Shown one piece after another: positions 45,930-64,000 of a DNA stretch of 64,000 nt (the first letter of the stretch is position 1; every line of letters starts with the position of its first letter). A program made the position numbers and the translations under genes. The stretch is taken from positions 52,576,001-52,640,000 of the forward strand of contig OZ024742.1 of assembly GCA_964016885.1 (NCBI GenBank), in the 5' to 3' direction. The stretch is from Eledone cirrhosa. Its lineage: Eukaryota. Below the pieces are notes generated by a model, which did not search any database, had not been told where the DNA came from, and saw nothing but the letters and a program-made list of their open reading frames with translations.

Positions 45930-48900
45930 GTGCTGCTGTTACTCTTGCTGTTGTTACTGTTGTTGTTTCTGTTATTGTTTTGGTGGCGGTAGTAGTCATG
46001 GTGGTAGTGGTGGTGGCTGGGTTGTTGTTGTTGTTACTGTTGTTGTTGTTATTGTGGTGGTGGTAGTAGTGATGGTGGTAGTGGTGGCGGCTGGGTTGTT
46101 GTTGTTGTTACTGTTGTTGTTGTTATTGTGGTGGTGGTAGTAGTGATGGTGGTAGTGGTGGTGGCTGTGTTGTTGTTGTTGTTACTGTTGTTGTTGTTAT
46201 TGTGGTGGTGGTAGTAGTGATGGTGGTAGTGGTGGTGGCTGTGTTGTTGTTGTTGTTGTTACTGTTGTTGTTGTTATTGTGGTGGTGGTAGTAGTGATGG
46301 TGGTAGTGGTGGTGGCTGGGTTGTTGTTGTTGTTACTGTTGTTGTTGTTATTGTGGTGGTGGTAGTAGTGATGGTGGTAGTGGTGGTGGCTGTGTTGTTG
46401 TTGCTGTTGTTACTGTTGTTCTTGTTATTGTGGTGGTGGTAGTAGTGATGGTGGTAGTGGTGGAGGCTGTGTTGTTGTTGTTGTTGTTACTGTTGTTGTT
46501 GTTATTGTGGTGGTGGTAGTAGTGATGGTGGTAGTGGCGGTGGCTGAGTTGTTGTTGTTGTTGTTACTGTTGTTGTTGTTATTGTGGTGGTGGTAGTAGT
46601 GATGGTGGTAGTGGTGGTGGTTGTGTTGTTATTGTTACTGTTGTTGTTGTTATTGTGGTGGCGGTAGTAGTGATGGTGGTAGTGGTGGTGGCTGTTTTGT
46701 TGTTGTCGGTGTTACTGTTGTTGTTGTTATTGTGGTGGCGGTAGTAGTGATGGTGGTAGTGGTGGTGGCTGTGTTGTTCTTGTTGTTGTTACTGTTGTTG
46801 TTGTTATTGTGGTGGTGGTAGTAGTGATGGTGGTAGTGGTGGTGGCTGTGTTGTTGTTGTCGGTGTTACTGTTGTTGTTGTTATTGTGGTGGTGGTAGTA
46901 GTGATGGTGGTAGTGGTGGTGGCTGTGTTGTTCTTGTTGTTGTTACTGTTGTTGTTGTTATTGTGGTGGTGGTAGTAGTGATGGTGGTAGTGGTGGTGGC
47001 TGTGTTGTTGTTGTCGGTGTTACTGTTGTTTTTGTTATTGTGGTGGTGGTAGTAGTGATGGTGGTAGTGGCGGTGGCTGTGTTGTTGTTGTTGTTGTTAC
47101 TGTTGTTTTTGTTATTGTGGTGGTGGTAGTAGTGATGGTGGTAGTGGTGGTGGCTGTGTTGTTGTTGTTGTTGTTACTGTTGTTTTTGTTATTGTGGTGG
47201 TGGTAGTAGTGATGGTGGTAGTGGTGGTGGCTTTGTTGTTGTTGTTATTGTTGTGGTGGTGGTAGTAGTGATGGTGGTAGTGGCGGTGGCTGTGTTGTTG
47301 TTGTTGTTGTTACTGTTGTTTTTGTTATTGTGGTGGTGGTAGTAGTGATGGTGGTAGTGGTGGTGGCTGTGTTGTTGTTGTTGGTGTTACTGTTGTTTTT
47401 GTTATTGTGGTGGTGGTAGTAGTGATGGTGGTAGTGGCGGTGGCTGTGTTGTTGTTGTTGTTGTTACTGTTGTTTTTGTTATTGTGGTGGTGGTAGTAGT
47501 GATGGTGGTAGTGGTGGTGGCTGTGTTGTTGTTGTTGTTGTTACTGTTGTTTTTGTTATTGTGGTGGTGGTAGTAGTGATGGTGGTAGTGGTGGTGGCTG
47601 TGTTGTTGTTGTTGTTGTTACTGTTGTTTTTGTTATTGTGGTGGTGGCAGTAGTGATGGTGGTAGTGGTGGTGGCTGTGTTGTTGTTGTTGGTGTTACTG
47701 TTGTTAATGTGGTGGTGGTAGTGGTGATGGTGGTAGTGGTGGTGGCTGTGTTGTTATTGTTACTGTTGTTGTTGTTATTGTGGTGGCGGTAGTAGTGATG
47801 GTGGTAGTGGTGGTGGCTGTGTTGTTGTTGTTACTGTTGTTGTTGTTATTGTGGTGGTGGTAGTAGTGATGGTGGTACTGGTGGTGGCTGGATTAGTGTT
47901 GTTGGTGTTACTGTTGTTGTTGTTACTGTTGTTGTTGTTATTGTTGTGGTGGTAGTAGTGATGGTGGTAGTGGTGGTGGCTGGGTTATTGTTGTTGTTGT
48001 TATTGTGGTGGTGGTAATAGTGATGGTGGTAGTGGCGGTGGCTGTGTTGTTGTTGTTGTGGTTACTGTTGTTGTTGTTATTGTGGTGGCGGTAGTAGTGA
48101 TGGTGGTAGTGGTGGTGGCTGTGTTGTTGTTGTTGTTGTTACTGTTGTTGTTGTTATTGTGGTGGTGGTAGTAGTGATGGTGGTAGTGGTGGTGGCTGTG
48201 TTGTTGTTGTTGTTGTTACTGTTGTTGTTTCTGTTATTGTTGTGGTGGCGGTAGTAGTGATGGTGGTAGTGGTGGTGGCTGGGTTATTGTTGTTGTGGTT
48301 ACTGTTGTTGTTGTTATTGTGGTGGCGGTAGTAGTGATGGTGGTAGTGGTGGTGGCTGTGTTGTTGTTGTTGTTGTTACTGTTGTTGTTGTTATTGTGGT
48401 GGTGGTAGTAGTGATGGTGGTAGTGGTGGTGGCTGTGTTGTTGTTGTTACTGCTGTTGTTATTGTTGTGGTGGTGGTAGTAGTGATGGTGGTAGTGGTGG
48501 TGGCTGTTTTGTTGTTGTTGTTGTTACTGTTGTTGTTGTTATTGTGGTGGTGGTAGTAGTGATGGTGGTAGTGGTGGTGGCTGTGTTGTTGTTGTTGTTG
48601 TTACTGTTGTTGTTGTTGTTGTTATTGTGGTGGTCGTAGTAGTGATGGTGGTAGTGGTGGTGTCTGTGTTGTTGTTGTTGTTACTGTTGTTGTTATTGTT
48701 GTGGTGGTGGTAGTAGTGATGGTGGTAGTGGTGGTGTCTGTGTTGTTGTTGTTGTTACTGTTGTTGTTGTTATTGTGGTGGTGGTAGTAGTGATGGTGGT
48801 AGTGGTGGTGGCTGTGTTGTTGTTGTTGTTACTGTTGTTGTTGTTATTGTGGTGGTGGTAGTAGTGATGGTGGTAGTGGTGGTGGCTGTTTTGTTGTTGT

Positions 48901-49960
48901 TGTTGTTACTGTTGTTGTTGTTATTGTGGTGGTGGTAGTAGTGATGGTGGTAGTGGTGGTGGCTGTGTTGCTGTTGTTGTTGTTACTGTTGTTGTTTTTA
49001 TTGTGGTGGTGGTAGTAGTGATGGTGGTAGTGGTGGTGTCTGTGTTGTTGTTGTTGTTACTGTTGTTGTTGTTGTTGTTGTTACTGTTGTTGTTGTTATT
49101 GTTGTTGTGGTGGTAGTAGTGATGGTGGCAGTGGTGGTGGCTGTGTTGTTGTTGTTGTTGTTACTGTTGTTGTTGTTATTGTGGTGGTGGTAGTAGTGAT
49201 GGTGGTAGTGGTGGTGGCTGTGTTGTTGTTGTTGGTGTTACTGTTGTTGTTGTTATTGTGGTGGTGGTAGTAGTGATGAGGTAGTGGTGGTGGCTGAGTT
49301 GTTGTTGTTGTTGTTACTGTTGTTGTTGTTATTGTGGTGGTGGTAGTAGTGATGGTGGTAGTGGTGGTGGTTGTGTTGTTATTGTTGTTGTTACTGTTGT
49401 TGTTACTGTTGTGGTTGTTATTGTGGTGGTGGTAGTAGTGATGGTGGTAGTGGTGGTGGCTGTGTTGTTGTTGTTGGTGTTACTGTTGTTGTTGTTATTG
49501 TGGTGGTGGTAGTAGTGATGAGGTAGTGGTGGTGGCTGAGTTGTTGTTGTTGTTGTTATTGTGGTGTTGGTGGTAGTAGTGATGGTGGTAGTGGTGGTGG
49601 CTGAGTTGTTGTTGTTGTTGTTACTGTTGTTGTTGTTATTGTGGTGGTGGTAGTAGTGATGGTGGTAGTGGTGGTGGTTGTGTTGTTATTGTTGTTGTTA
49701 CTGTTGTTGTTACTGTTGTGGTTGTTATTGTGGTGGTGGTAGTAGTGATGGTGGTAGTGGTGGTGGCTGTGTTGTTGTTGTTATTGTTGTGGTGGTGGTA
49801 GTAGTGATGGTGGTAGTGGTGGTGGCTGTGTTGTTGTTGTTATTGTTGTGGTGGTGGTAGTAGTGATGGTGGTAGTGGTGGTGGCTGTGTTGTTGTTGTT
49901 ATTGTTGTGGTGGTGGTAGTAGTGATGGTGGTAGTTGTTGTGGCTGGGTTATTATTGTGT
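45930..49960. repeat. ~4-kb minisatellite, ~71-77-bp unit made of GTT/GTG/GTA triplets
   Basis: TTACTG anchors at 46034, 46108, 46182 and 46259; roughly 55 units. Confidence 0.92.
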
Positions 49961-49999
49961 TTGTTGCTATCGTTGTTGCTACTCTAATTGTTGTTTTTG

Positions 50000-50031
<32 letters not shown>

Positions 50032-50813
50032 GGTGGTGGTGGTGGTTGTGGTGGCGGTGGTGGTGTTGTTGTTAATGCAGTTGTTGCTCTTGCTGCAGTT
50101 GTGTTGGTGGTATTCTTGTTATTGTTATTACTGTTGTAATTGTTATTACTGTTGTTATTGTTAATGTTCGTAATATTGTTGTTGTTGATGATGATGCTGG
50201 TGGTGGCGTTGCTGTTGTTGTTTTGGGTGGTGGTGGTGGTGGTGGTGGTGGTGGTGGTGGTGGCGTTGCTGTTGTTGGTGGTGGTGGTGTTGATGATGAT
50301 GCTGGTGCTGGCGTTGCTGTTCTTGTTGTTGTTGTTGCTTATGGTGGTGGAGATGGTGGTGTTGTTGTTGTTGTTGCTGTTTGTGATGGTGGTGGTGGTG
50401 GTGTTGCTGCTGACAGTGGTGGTGGTGCTGGTGGTGTTGTTGTTGATGTTATTGTTGTTGCTGATATTGTCGTTGTTGTTATTATATTTTTTGCTCCCTT
50501 CCTTAAATTACAACTTACTTAGATTACTCCATTTTGGTGTGGTGGGATTTGTTAATGTTATTATTGTTGTAACTGTTGGTGGTGGTGTTGTTGCTGTTGC
50601 TGTTGTTGTTGTAGCTGTTGCTGTTGTTGTTATCATTGTTGTTGTTGCTCTCTTCCTTACATTACAGCTAACACTTTCCATCTTTTCTCCAATAATGGCC
50701 TTTCCCCCTCTTATCTTCTATACAGTTTATCAATGCTGCAAATCATACTTTTGTAAATTTCGATTCTATCATCATCTTCATCATCATCATCACCATATTT
50801 GTTGTTGTTGTTA

Positions 50814-50878
<65 letters not shown>

Positions 50879-51073
50879 GTGTATTCCTCTTTCACGAACA
50901 CATCACAAAAATATTGCCCTTAGTTATCGTTCCTCGTATAAAATCGTTCCTGCGGTATGCACGTCAATAAACAATTATTTATACGCGCACACACTCATAA
51001 GCACGCACTCAGACATATATATATATATATATACATATATACATATATACATATATACATATATACATTCGAA

Positions 51074-51105
<32 letters not shown>

Positions 51106-51142
51106 CACACACACACACATATATATATATATTTATTTATAT

Positions 51143-51220
<78 letters not shown>

Positions 51221-52077
51221 ATATACATACATATATAGATATATGTATGTACAAATTTATAAACACACATATATGTATAAATATACATAATGCATATGTA
51301 TATATATATACATACATATACACATATATTCTATATGTGTGTGCATATGTATGGGTGTGTTTATTGTTTAATAGAATTTATATGATTTATGCAATAAAAG
51401 GTTATTTGAAGTTAAACTAAATTGAAATGTTTCATACTATGAGGGACATTTGTTGCAGTTCAAATTTCATGAAAGACATCAATGAGTTTGTGGAGTCTTT
51501 CAACGGCTGCGTTAAGTGAATTAGATATTGCTTTCTCTATTAGATCATGCGGCTTTGTGAAGATTTACTTATAAATATTTGTTGAATGCATGGCAAGTTC
51601 TACCTTAATTTCCTTCAAGCTTCATTATATTGCTCCAAGACAGTCTTTTATACAGATGTTAAAATACACAGAAGCCATTTTCCGAGGTATCACCCTGTTA
51701 TTCATCGTCAAAATCAAAGTTTTGTAGATTTACTTCTGAAACAGACGTGCTTGTAATCACCACGTGTTACTACAAAAGTTTCTATATTTCTTGGTTTATG
51801 GTAGCATCCAAGCAATCTTCCTACATGCACACACACACAGAGACACACACAAAGCAAACACCCACATACACACTCGGATGTACTGATACACACAAGCATA
51901 TATATATATATATATATATTTATACTCTCATATACACTCACACAGAGATATTCACATGAACACACAAACAAACAGTTATTAAGCCTGAAATACACCAATC
52001 TCTATAGATTTTCAACAGGATAATTTGAACTTGTGCATCATGTATGTTTGTATGAATATATATATATACATTTATAT

Positions 52078-52228
<151 letters not shown>

Positions 52229-52481
52229 TTGGTAAACGCATACACAAATTCCCCGGATAAATGTATAAATATACAGATACTTATCGATCCATATTTCTAT
52301 ATATATATATTTCTCGCTCTCTCTTACTCTCTCCTCTTTCTGCCATCTGTTTCTCTGTCCTTCTTTCTTTCTCTCTCACCTTTTCCTTCTCTTTCTTTCT
52401 CTCTATATATATGTATAAACATACAAACAATTCAACTCTGAAAAACCATGGAAATGCTCATTAATTTTTATAATTTTACAG

Positions 52482-52579
52482 TCGTACAGCTGCTTAGAGC
52501 AACACATGATAGCATCGCACAGCACTTATATAGAGAAGAGCAAAGTGGGTCATTGAAAGACATATTACCGCTGCTAAGA
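52482..52579 (+). CDS. Candidate internal exon of an unidentified host gene
   Basis: TTTTACAG acceptor, open frame VQLLRATHDSIAQHLYREEQSGSLKDILPLLR, GTAAGA donor, in non-repetitive sequence; no homology recognised. Confidence 0.3.
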
Positions 52580-53305
52580 GTAAGATACTTTACAATGTCT
52601 CAGAAGGTTATCCTTATCCGCCATTATACATAAGCCATCTTTACTCAACGCCGTACTTCAATATACCACATATTGAGACAAACACACCACATATTGTCGT
52701 TTAACCTCAATGTTTCCCTCATTAAGCTAAACTTACTCTGCTGTAATCGGCTCAAGCCGTAACCATCCGGGAATTTTATTTTGTATCTTGTTTCTGTATA
52801 TGTTTTGCTCCGAATGGCATATTTGTATTTCTAAAGTATATACGGTACCATTTAGTGTAATATGTCAATTCTTTAACGCCTAAACTGATGTGTGGAGTCC
52901 TACCCCACATCACTTTACTTTTATAATGTTATTGTTTTATTATAATGTAATTATAATATGCTGTATAAAGTGTGAATGTGTGAAAAAAAAATTCAACTAT
53001 TAAATATTATATATTCATTGATGGGTCAAATCATTCTTTCGCCTTCTCATTTCAGAGGATGCACGAAGCACATCACTAGGTGTGTGAATGAAGTATTAGA
53101 AGTGACAGTCGATTTCAACATGCCGAAGTTTAAGAAATTTAGTGTTAATAGGCTATAAATCGTTACCATATCAGATATGAATACACTATACTAAATATTT
53201 GGCCGTGCTGCAGAGTTCAGTTAGACTGACGAAAATTCTTCCTAATATTGGCACATATAGGTGTTTGCCTGTGAGTGTGTGTAAATTAAATATTAAATAT
53301 ATATG

Positions 53306-53344
<39 letters not shown>

Positions 53345-53348
<4 letters not shown>

Positions 53349-53972
53349 GAAAGTTAGAGTTAATAACTCTTACTGAAACCCTGTAATGAATAAGCTCCAA
53401 GCATAAATACTGAGCATTATAATAATAATATATATGTAGTAAGAAACACAGTAAACCGTGTGTCTAATATTACGAGGGTTGAAAGACCACATTTGTTTGA
53501 AAAATTTAACCATGAAGCAGACAGAATGATAAAATAAAATAAAATTATATTATACAAACCGCCTCAATAAGATTTATATTTCGGCTCCCTCATGAGGTGA
53601 GCTTATTAAGTTGCGTGTGTTGGACTGTTGTTTCTAACCAATACACTCATACCACTTTTGACTTGCGGCGCACCAGGTGATAAATTCATCTGTCTGTGTG
53701 AACGTTGGTACTATTGTGTTTGTCGCATTTAATCAAATTCTCTCGCTGATGATGCCCATGGATTATCTGTTGCAAACACACTCTGGGCGAAACAGATTAT
53801 CCCTAATCTGTCCGAGAGATATAATTTTTATTGAGGCGGTTTGTATAATATAATTTTATTTTATTTTATCATTCTGTCTGCTTCATGGTTAAATATTTCA
53901 AACAAATGTGGTCTTTCAACCCTCGTAATATTAGACACACGGTTTACTGTGTTTCTTACTACATATATATCA
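53345..53972 (-). mobile_element. Fold-back PLE mini-element (tail 53345-53430 on minus; arms ~53430-53575 / ~53828-53972)
   Basis: ~145-bp near-identical inverted arms, TA flanks, HHR in the spacer. Confidence 0.8.
53739..53819 (+). ncRNA. Canonical type I hammerhead ribozyme with a full stem III and GUC site
   Basis: TCTCTCG-CTGATGA-T-GCCCA..TGGGC-GAAA-CAGATTA-TCCC-TAATCTG-TC-CGAGAGA; predicted cleavage after 53812. Confidence 0.9.
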
Positions 53973-53995
53973 TATATATATATATATATATATGT

Positions 53996-54055
<60 letters not shown>

Positions 54056-54070
54056 CATTACTACAACAGG

Positions 54071-54152
54071 GGTCCGATGAGCTTTTGATTCCAGAGTCGG
54101 GCCAGATCGATACAGATCGAACCTTGAGCTGATCAATAGCGAAACGCGCATC
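54071..54152 (+). ncRNA. Decayed hammerhead-like motif
   Basis: CCGATGA-GCTTTTGAT..ATCAATAGC-GAAA-CGCG-CA, then AATAAA; shares GAGCTGATC.AT.GCGAAACGC with 1364-1416. Confidence 0.5.
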
Positions 54153-54268
54153 ACTAATCAATAAAGATAATTGTTTCTACTTTAGGCACAAGGCCACCAA
54201 TTACCCAGTGCATTACTGGTCCGTTGAAGGCTTAACATATCGTCCTTGTATTATTATTATTATTATTA

Positions 54269-54314
<46 letters not shown>

Positions 54315-54323
54315 GATTATTAT

Positions 54324-54383
<60 letters not shown>

Positions 54384-54389
54384 TATATA

Positions 54390-55232
54390 TAGGAAAAAGT
54401 ATGACCCCGACGGCAGAGCTCAACCCGTTTCGACGGCTATTTATGGACTAAATTAGAATGTTTAGCCTGGTGAATAAATAGCCGAACTTGTCAAGGGGGT
54501 ACTTCCTTATATGGGAAGATTGTAGTTGTCAAGAGGATTGGTTAAAATTTGTTGTAAACACAAATAAGTCTAGGATAGAATTGGCCGAATACGTTTTACT
54601 AACTACTTATAGCAAATGTGTTAGACCCCTTTAATTTTGTATCAGTTTTGTTACTACTCAATTTCTACAAGTTTTTTCTATTCTCAACTTATTAACCTGT
54701 AATTGTAAGATAGCATTGTGATTTTTATATTCATTTCTCACTATCTAATTTTATATATTTTTTTTATTTCTTTCCATTATCTTTTATTGTCTAGTACTCT
54801 CATTCGAATTACTTATTCTATAACCTCCTTCCTCCTTTTCGTACACTATCCTTAGAATCTGCTGTATACATATCACTTTCAACGCTTGACCGCTCCACTC
54901 ACTCCCCTATTATTCTACAGGCAAGTTCAGCCACCCCTACCTCCCACCAAATGCCATGATAGACTTATTTGTGTTTACAATAAATGTTAACCAATCCTCT
55001 TGACAACTACAATCTTCCCATATAAGGAAGTACCCCATTGACAAGTTCGGCTATTTATTCACTAGGCTAAAAATTCTAATTAAGTCTAATTTAGTCTAGA
55101 AAGAGCCGTCGAAACGGCTTGAGCTCTGCCCTCGGGGTCATACTTTTTCCTATTTCCCACTCTACTATCCTAAGTATTGAGTACTCTGGTGCGTTATGGT
55201 CCATCTGGTTCCTTACCACAATTCCTTTGTTT
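54390..55232 (+). mobile_element. Fold-back PLE element (arms ~54390-54572 / ~54960-55153, tail to 55232) with U3:A8 hammerheads
   Basis: ACCCC-N-TTGACAA-G..CGGCTATTTA/TAAATAGCCG..-GAAA-CGG..GAGCTC..CCG-TC-GGGGT at 54404-54500 (-) and, more diverged, 55032-55138 (+). Confidence 0.78.
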
Positions 55233-55249
55233 ATATGTATATATATATC

Positions 55250-55532
55250 TAAAGTCTAAGGTCTGTCTTAAGCCAGAAGGCTCATTTGGCCGGTGCTTAT
55301 CCCGGTTTCATGGCGTGAAGCGACTGAGAGTACAAGACTCCCCCTGGACAGGACGCCAATCCATCGCAGGGTTAAACCTCCAGCTATTGCTGGTATTCAT
55401 TTTCAGCTGAGTAAACTGGAGCAACGTGAAATTAAGTGTTTTGCTCAAGAACACAACACGCAACCCAGGAATCGATCCCACGACATTATGATCGTAAGTC
55501 CAATACTCTTACCACTAAGCCACGTGCCTCCA
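55250..55532 (-). mobile_element. Full-length tRNA-derived CORE-type SINE
   Basis: Minus strand: GGAGGCACGTGGCTTAGTGG (A box), GGATCGATTCC (B box), CORE-like centre, tail as in 4040-4250. Confidence 0.82.
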
Positions 55533-55541
55533 TATATATAT

Positions 55542-56015
55542 ATAATATAATGAAATGACAGGAGGCTGGATTTGAAAGGTTTATTATACTATGATCCTTT
55601 CAATGACCGGGTTCCGTATGATATATTCAGGTGATATCATCAGGTATTCGAAATATAATACATGAGCGACGGGCAAAGGTAGAAGACGCTGGATGGCGGT
55701 CGCCTTTGGGTCCTTGATTTTCAGCCCCATGGATTTTATCTATTACATTCACGTATTATATTTCGAATACCTGATGATATCACCGGATTCATACGGAACC
55801 CGGTCATTGAAATGATCATAGTATAATAAACCTTTCAAGGATTTACACAAATCTAGCCTCCTGTCATTTCATTATAATATTTAACTCCGTAATAGCACCA
55901 CCAACTACAAAAACAAAGACGGTTGAACTGCTTTACGTTGAGTACTCTCTATATTATTACATTGCGATTGACCATACGGAATTGACCAGCTCTATCCAGT
56001 GGTGAACCTCAAACC

Positions 56016-56019
<4 letters not shown>
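55542..56019 (+). mobile_element. Fold-back PLE mini-element (arms ~55542-55665 / ~55750-55882) with an atypical hammerhead-like motif
   Basis: CTGATGA-TAT..ATAC-GGAA-CCCGG-TC at 55771-55805; tail contains TTGAGTACTC. Confidence 0.7.
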
Positions 56020-56058
<39 letters not shown>

Positions 56059-56106
56059 CAGGAAAGAAGGTTTACATGGTTTGCTATACAAAAAAGTTTT
56101 TAATCA

Positions 56107-56219
56107 CATAGCTTACATTTGTTTCACTGAGCTGGTATGTCTAGAGATCGCTATCCGCCTAATTTTGCGTCACTCGATCGCCAATACAGAATTACAACCA
56201 GTCAGATCTTCGGAGCATG
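56107..56219 (-). ncRNA. Type I hammerhead motif with a long stem II, in stub ~56055-56495
   Basis: CATGCT-CCGAAGA-TCTGACTGG..CCAGCTCAGT-GAAA-CAAATG-TA-AGCTATG, then ATTAAA. Confidence 0.65.
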
Positions 56220-56493
56220 CGAGAATGAAGAAAATACACAGGCAAGAAAATAAAAGAAAATATGGAGTAGTTATGGCATTCAATTAGAACAATAACAACA
56301 ACAATTATTACAACAATGCTATCAATAAACTATTTAAGGAGACCCTGACATTACTTATGTGGGGGGTATATAATGTATCTAATGTTACGGCGTGAAAACC
56401 AGCTGTCATAAGGCAAAAGTATCGTAGTGTGTATCAATTTTAAATTATAAAGATAAGCTAAGTGGACTGCATTTAACTATTATTTGTTAATCC

Positions 56494-57037
<544 letters not shown>

Positions 57038-57047
57038 CATATATATA

Positions 57048-57169
<122 letters not shown>

Positions 57170-57264
57170 ATATACGTATATATATATATATATATCAATA
57201 ATATATGTATATATATATACATATATATATCAATATATATATATGCATATATACATATATATAC

Positions 57265-61849
<4,585 letters not shown>

Positions 61850-61929
61850 TATATATATATGTATATATATATATGTATATATATATAAGTATATATATAA
61901 ATATATATATATATATATTTATATATATA

Positions 61930-62130
61930 TTTTGAGTTTATGTTGGTTGTATACCAACACCTCAGTATGCAGCCTGGAGCACTCGACGAAGTGCGCAGGT
62001 TGGTTTGGTTACTCCGGAGTAGTGTAAAATAAAGTTAAATAAAAGTCAAATGATTAAAATTTAGCTTCGTTTATTACTGCTGAGCAGTAATAAACGAAGC
62101 TAAATTTTAATCATTTGACTTTTATTTAAC

Positions 62131-62140
<10 letters not shown>
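61930..62140 (-). mobile_element. Tiny fold-back stub of the 4495-4970 family, truncated before the hammerhead
   Basis: Tail homologous to 4860-4970; ~55-bp perfect arms around a 3-nt loop (CTGC-TGA-GCAG). Confidence 0.8.
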
Positions 62141-62176
<36 letters not shown>

Positions 62177-62206
62177 CTTATATATATATATATTTATATA
62201 TATACT

Positions 62207-62243
<37 letters not shown>

Positions 62244-62264
62244 GCATATATATATATACATACA

Positions 62265-62359
<95 letters not shown>

Positions 62360-62745
62360 AAAATTAAGATAGATTAAAAGAATTCAATCAGAATCGAAAT
62401 TATGGGTGTCATTCGTTAACGGAATGCGCCATATCGCCCGGAAAATAAGCTCTAGGACTTTATAGGTACGAGCATTTTATAATAACTAGGAATTGATCAA
62501 CATATATATAAATAAATATAAACATGAAAAATCACAGGAGATAATTTTTACAAGCGTGTAACCACGCATGGCTAGTAGGTAACAAATAAATAAAGTTAAC
62601 TAGAACTTCAAAAATATATACCTTTTAATGAATAATCTTCCCTCTATATATTTCATTAAAGAAATATATTTCACCAATTAATCAGATATATATACAGATA
62701 TATATCAGATATATATACAGATATATATACAGATATATATATATA

Positions 62746-62900
62746 TCTGTATATATATATAAAATTAAGTATGTGTGTGTGTGTCTGTGTGTCTGTTTAT
62801 TACCTATAGGGGCCTGCATCTTACGACCGATTTTCATGAAACTTTACAATCTCATAGATTAGTCATCGGGGAGTGTTTTATATATATATATCTAAATATT
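62746..62900 (+). mobile_element. Probable Helitron-type 5' end
   Basis: TCTGTATATATATATAAAA, (TG/TCTG)n, ACCGATTTTCATGAAACTTT. Confidence 0.4.
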
Positions 62901-63189
62901 GTAGCTACCAAACAAACAAATCCTCAATTGGGCGAACTTCTAATCAATACATACTTTTTTGCCAAATGATTTAAAGACCATATTGTCCATGTGAATAATA
63001 AATCTAGTGGGTCTGCTGCGTCCAGGAAGGAGAATAGTCTGAAACAAACTCGTAAAAACCTAGTTTGAAAGTAACATTGAAAGCCATGTGTACTGAGACA
63101 GAATCCTGGCATGAGCTTTTTTCTTGCATATACCGAATCTCTGTTGCTTAAAAGTTAAAAACCTAAAAACGTTTAAAAAAGATTATAAT

Positions 63190-63385
63190 AAAATATTTCT
63201 GCAAATATCAAAGAAGCTAATGCATTTCCCAGACAATTCAAAGCCATTGGACAGAATGAAGATTATTCTGAGAATCTTATTTTCGATGTAGGGAGTGTGA
63301 AAGAGTATACCTTAGAGGGACTTTACTGCCATTGAAAAAAAATCTGTTTTAGGATTTAAAGCTGCCAAGGATAGACTAATTATGC
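63190..63385 (+). mobile_element. Decayed Tigger/pogo transposase fragment
   Basis: ANIKEANAFP..EDY..LIFDV..EKKSVLGFKAAKDRL resembles the Tigger-type GFKAAKDRLT motif. Confidence 0.55.
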
Positions 63386-64000
63386 CTTCTCTCCCTCTCA
63401 TTCTCTCTCTCCCCCCTCTCTCACTCTCTTTCTTTCTCTCTATCTCTCTCTCTCTCATTCTATATATATACGTGTGTGTGTTTATATATATATAGTTGCT
63501 AAATTTTTCTGCACGCGTGTGTTGGTGGCTTTGTATTATCTGTAGATGTGTGGTTTTGTCCGTATGTGTGTTTATGTTTATGTATGGGTATATTTGTGTG
63601 TGTTTGTGTCTGTATGTATGTGACTTTTACTATTGCTTCTACATATGTGAGTGTTTATATATGTATGTATATATACATATATACATATATGTGTGTGTGT
63701 GTTTCGTATCCCGATATTTCTGTGAAGGTTAAGAGATTAGGCCACGTCGTTGTTTCACCCCACGCTACACACTTGCTATCCCATTAGCTCGACATTCTTG
63801 AGGAAACGAATGGTTGGTATGTTGTATAGAATTGGCCAAACCAGGAATGATGTCAATTTCAGGTGGGCTTGATAGAAGTTTGTAATAAACACGAAGACAA
63901 CCATATATCTTCATATCAGCTATTACATCTAGATTTAATATTGAGCCTATATTCCTACACCTATATTCTATTTTCAGTGTCTTATTTTATCCATGAATTT

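Noticed and set aside
51698-51736. Minus-strand terminal exon reading VNLQNFDFDDE*
   Set aside because: Too short to distinguish from chance, and no upstream minus-strand exons were found
62924-63112. 62-aa ORF as a host exon
   Set aside because: Lies among transposon remnants next to a Tigger-like fragment; no splice or homology support

Overview
This is a eukaryotic, AT-rich, microsatellite-saturated window with no clearly recognisable host gene. The (TA)n/(TACA)n density and the CORE-type and Meta-type tRNA SINEs suggest an octopod cephalopod (inference). Almost all non-microsatellite sequence is transposon-derived. Penelope-like elements (PLEs) include a near-intact RT+GIY-YIG copy with an inverted 5' pLTR and several truncated copies. 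Also present are two CR1/L2-group LINEs, R4-clade RLE elements sitting in (TACA)n, CRE, Tx1/L1 and RTE fragments, a maT/mariner relic, a pogo-type MITE, Helitrons and a 4-kb trinucleotide-derived minisatellite. The main unexplained structure is a population of roughly 20 short non-coding islands embedded in (TA)n. Many are fold-backs (inverted arm / arm / unique tail), and most carry a type I hammerhead ribozyme (HHR) motif read by eye from the sequence, often with a palindromic stem III. Three unrelated families carry a compensatory U3:A8 core. Several unrelated tails share a GAGYRCTC palindrome about 45 nt from the 3' end. All folds and translations are manual and no database search was run.
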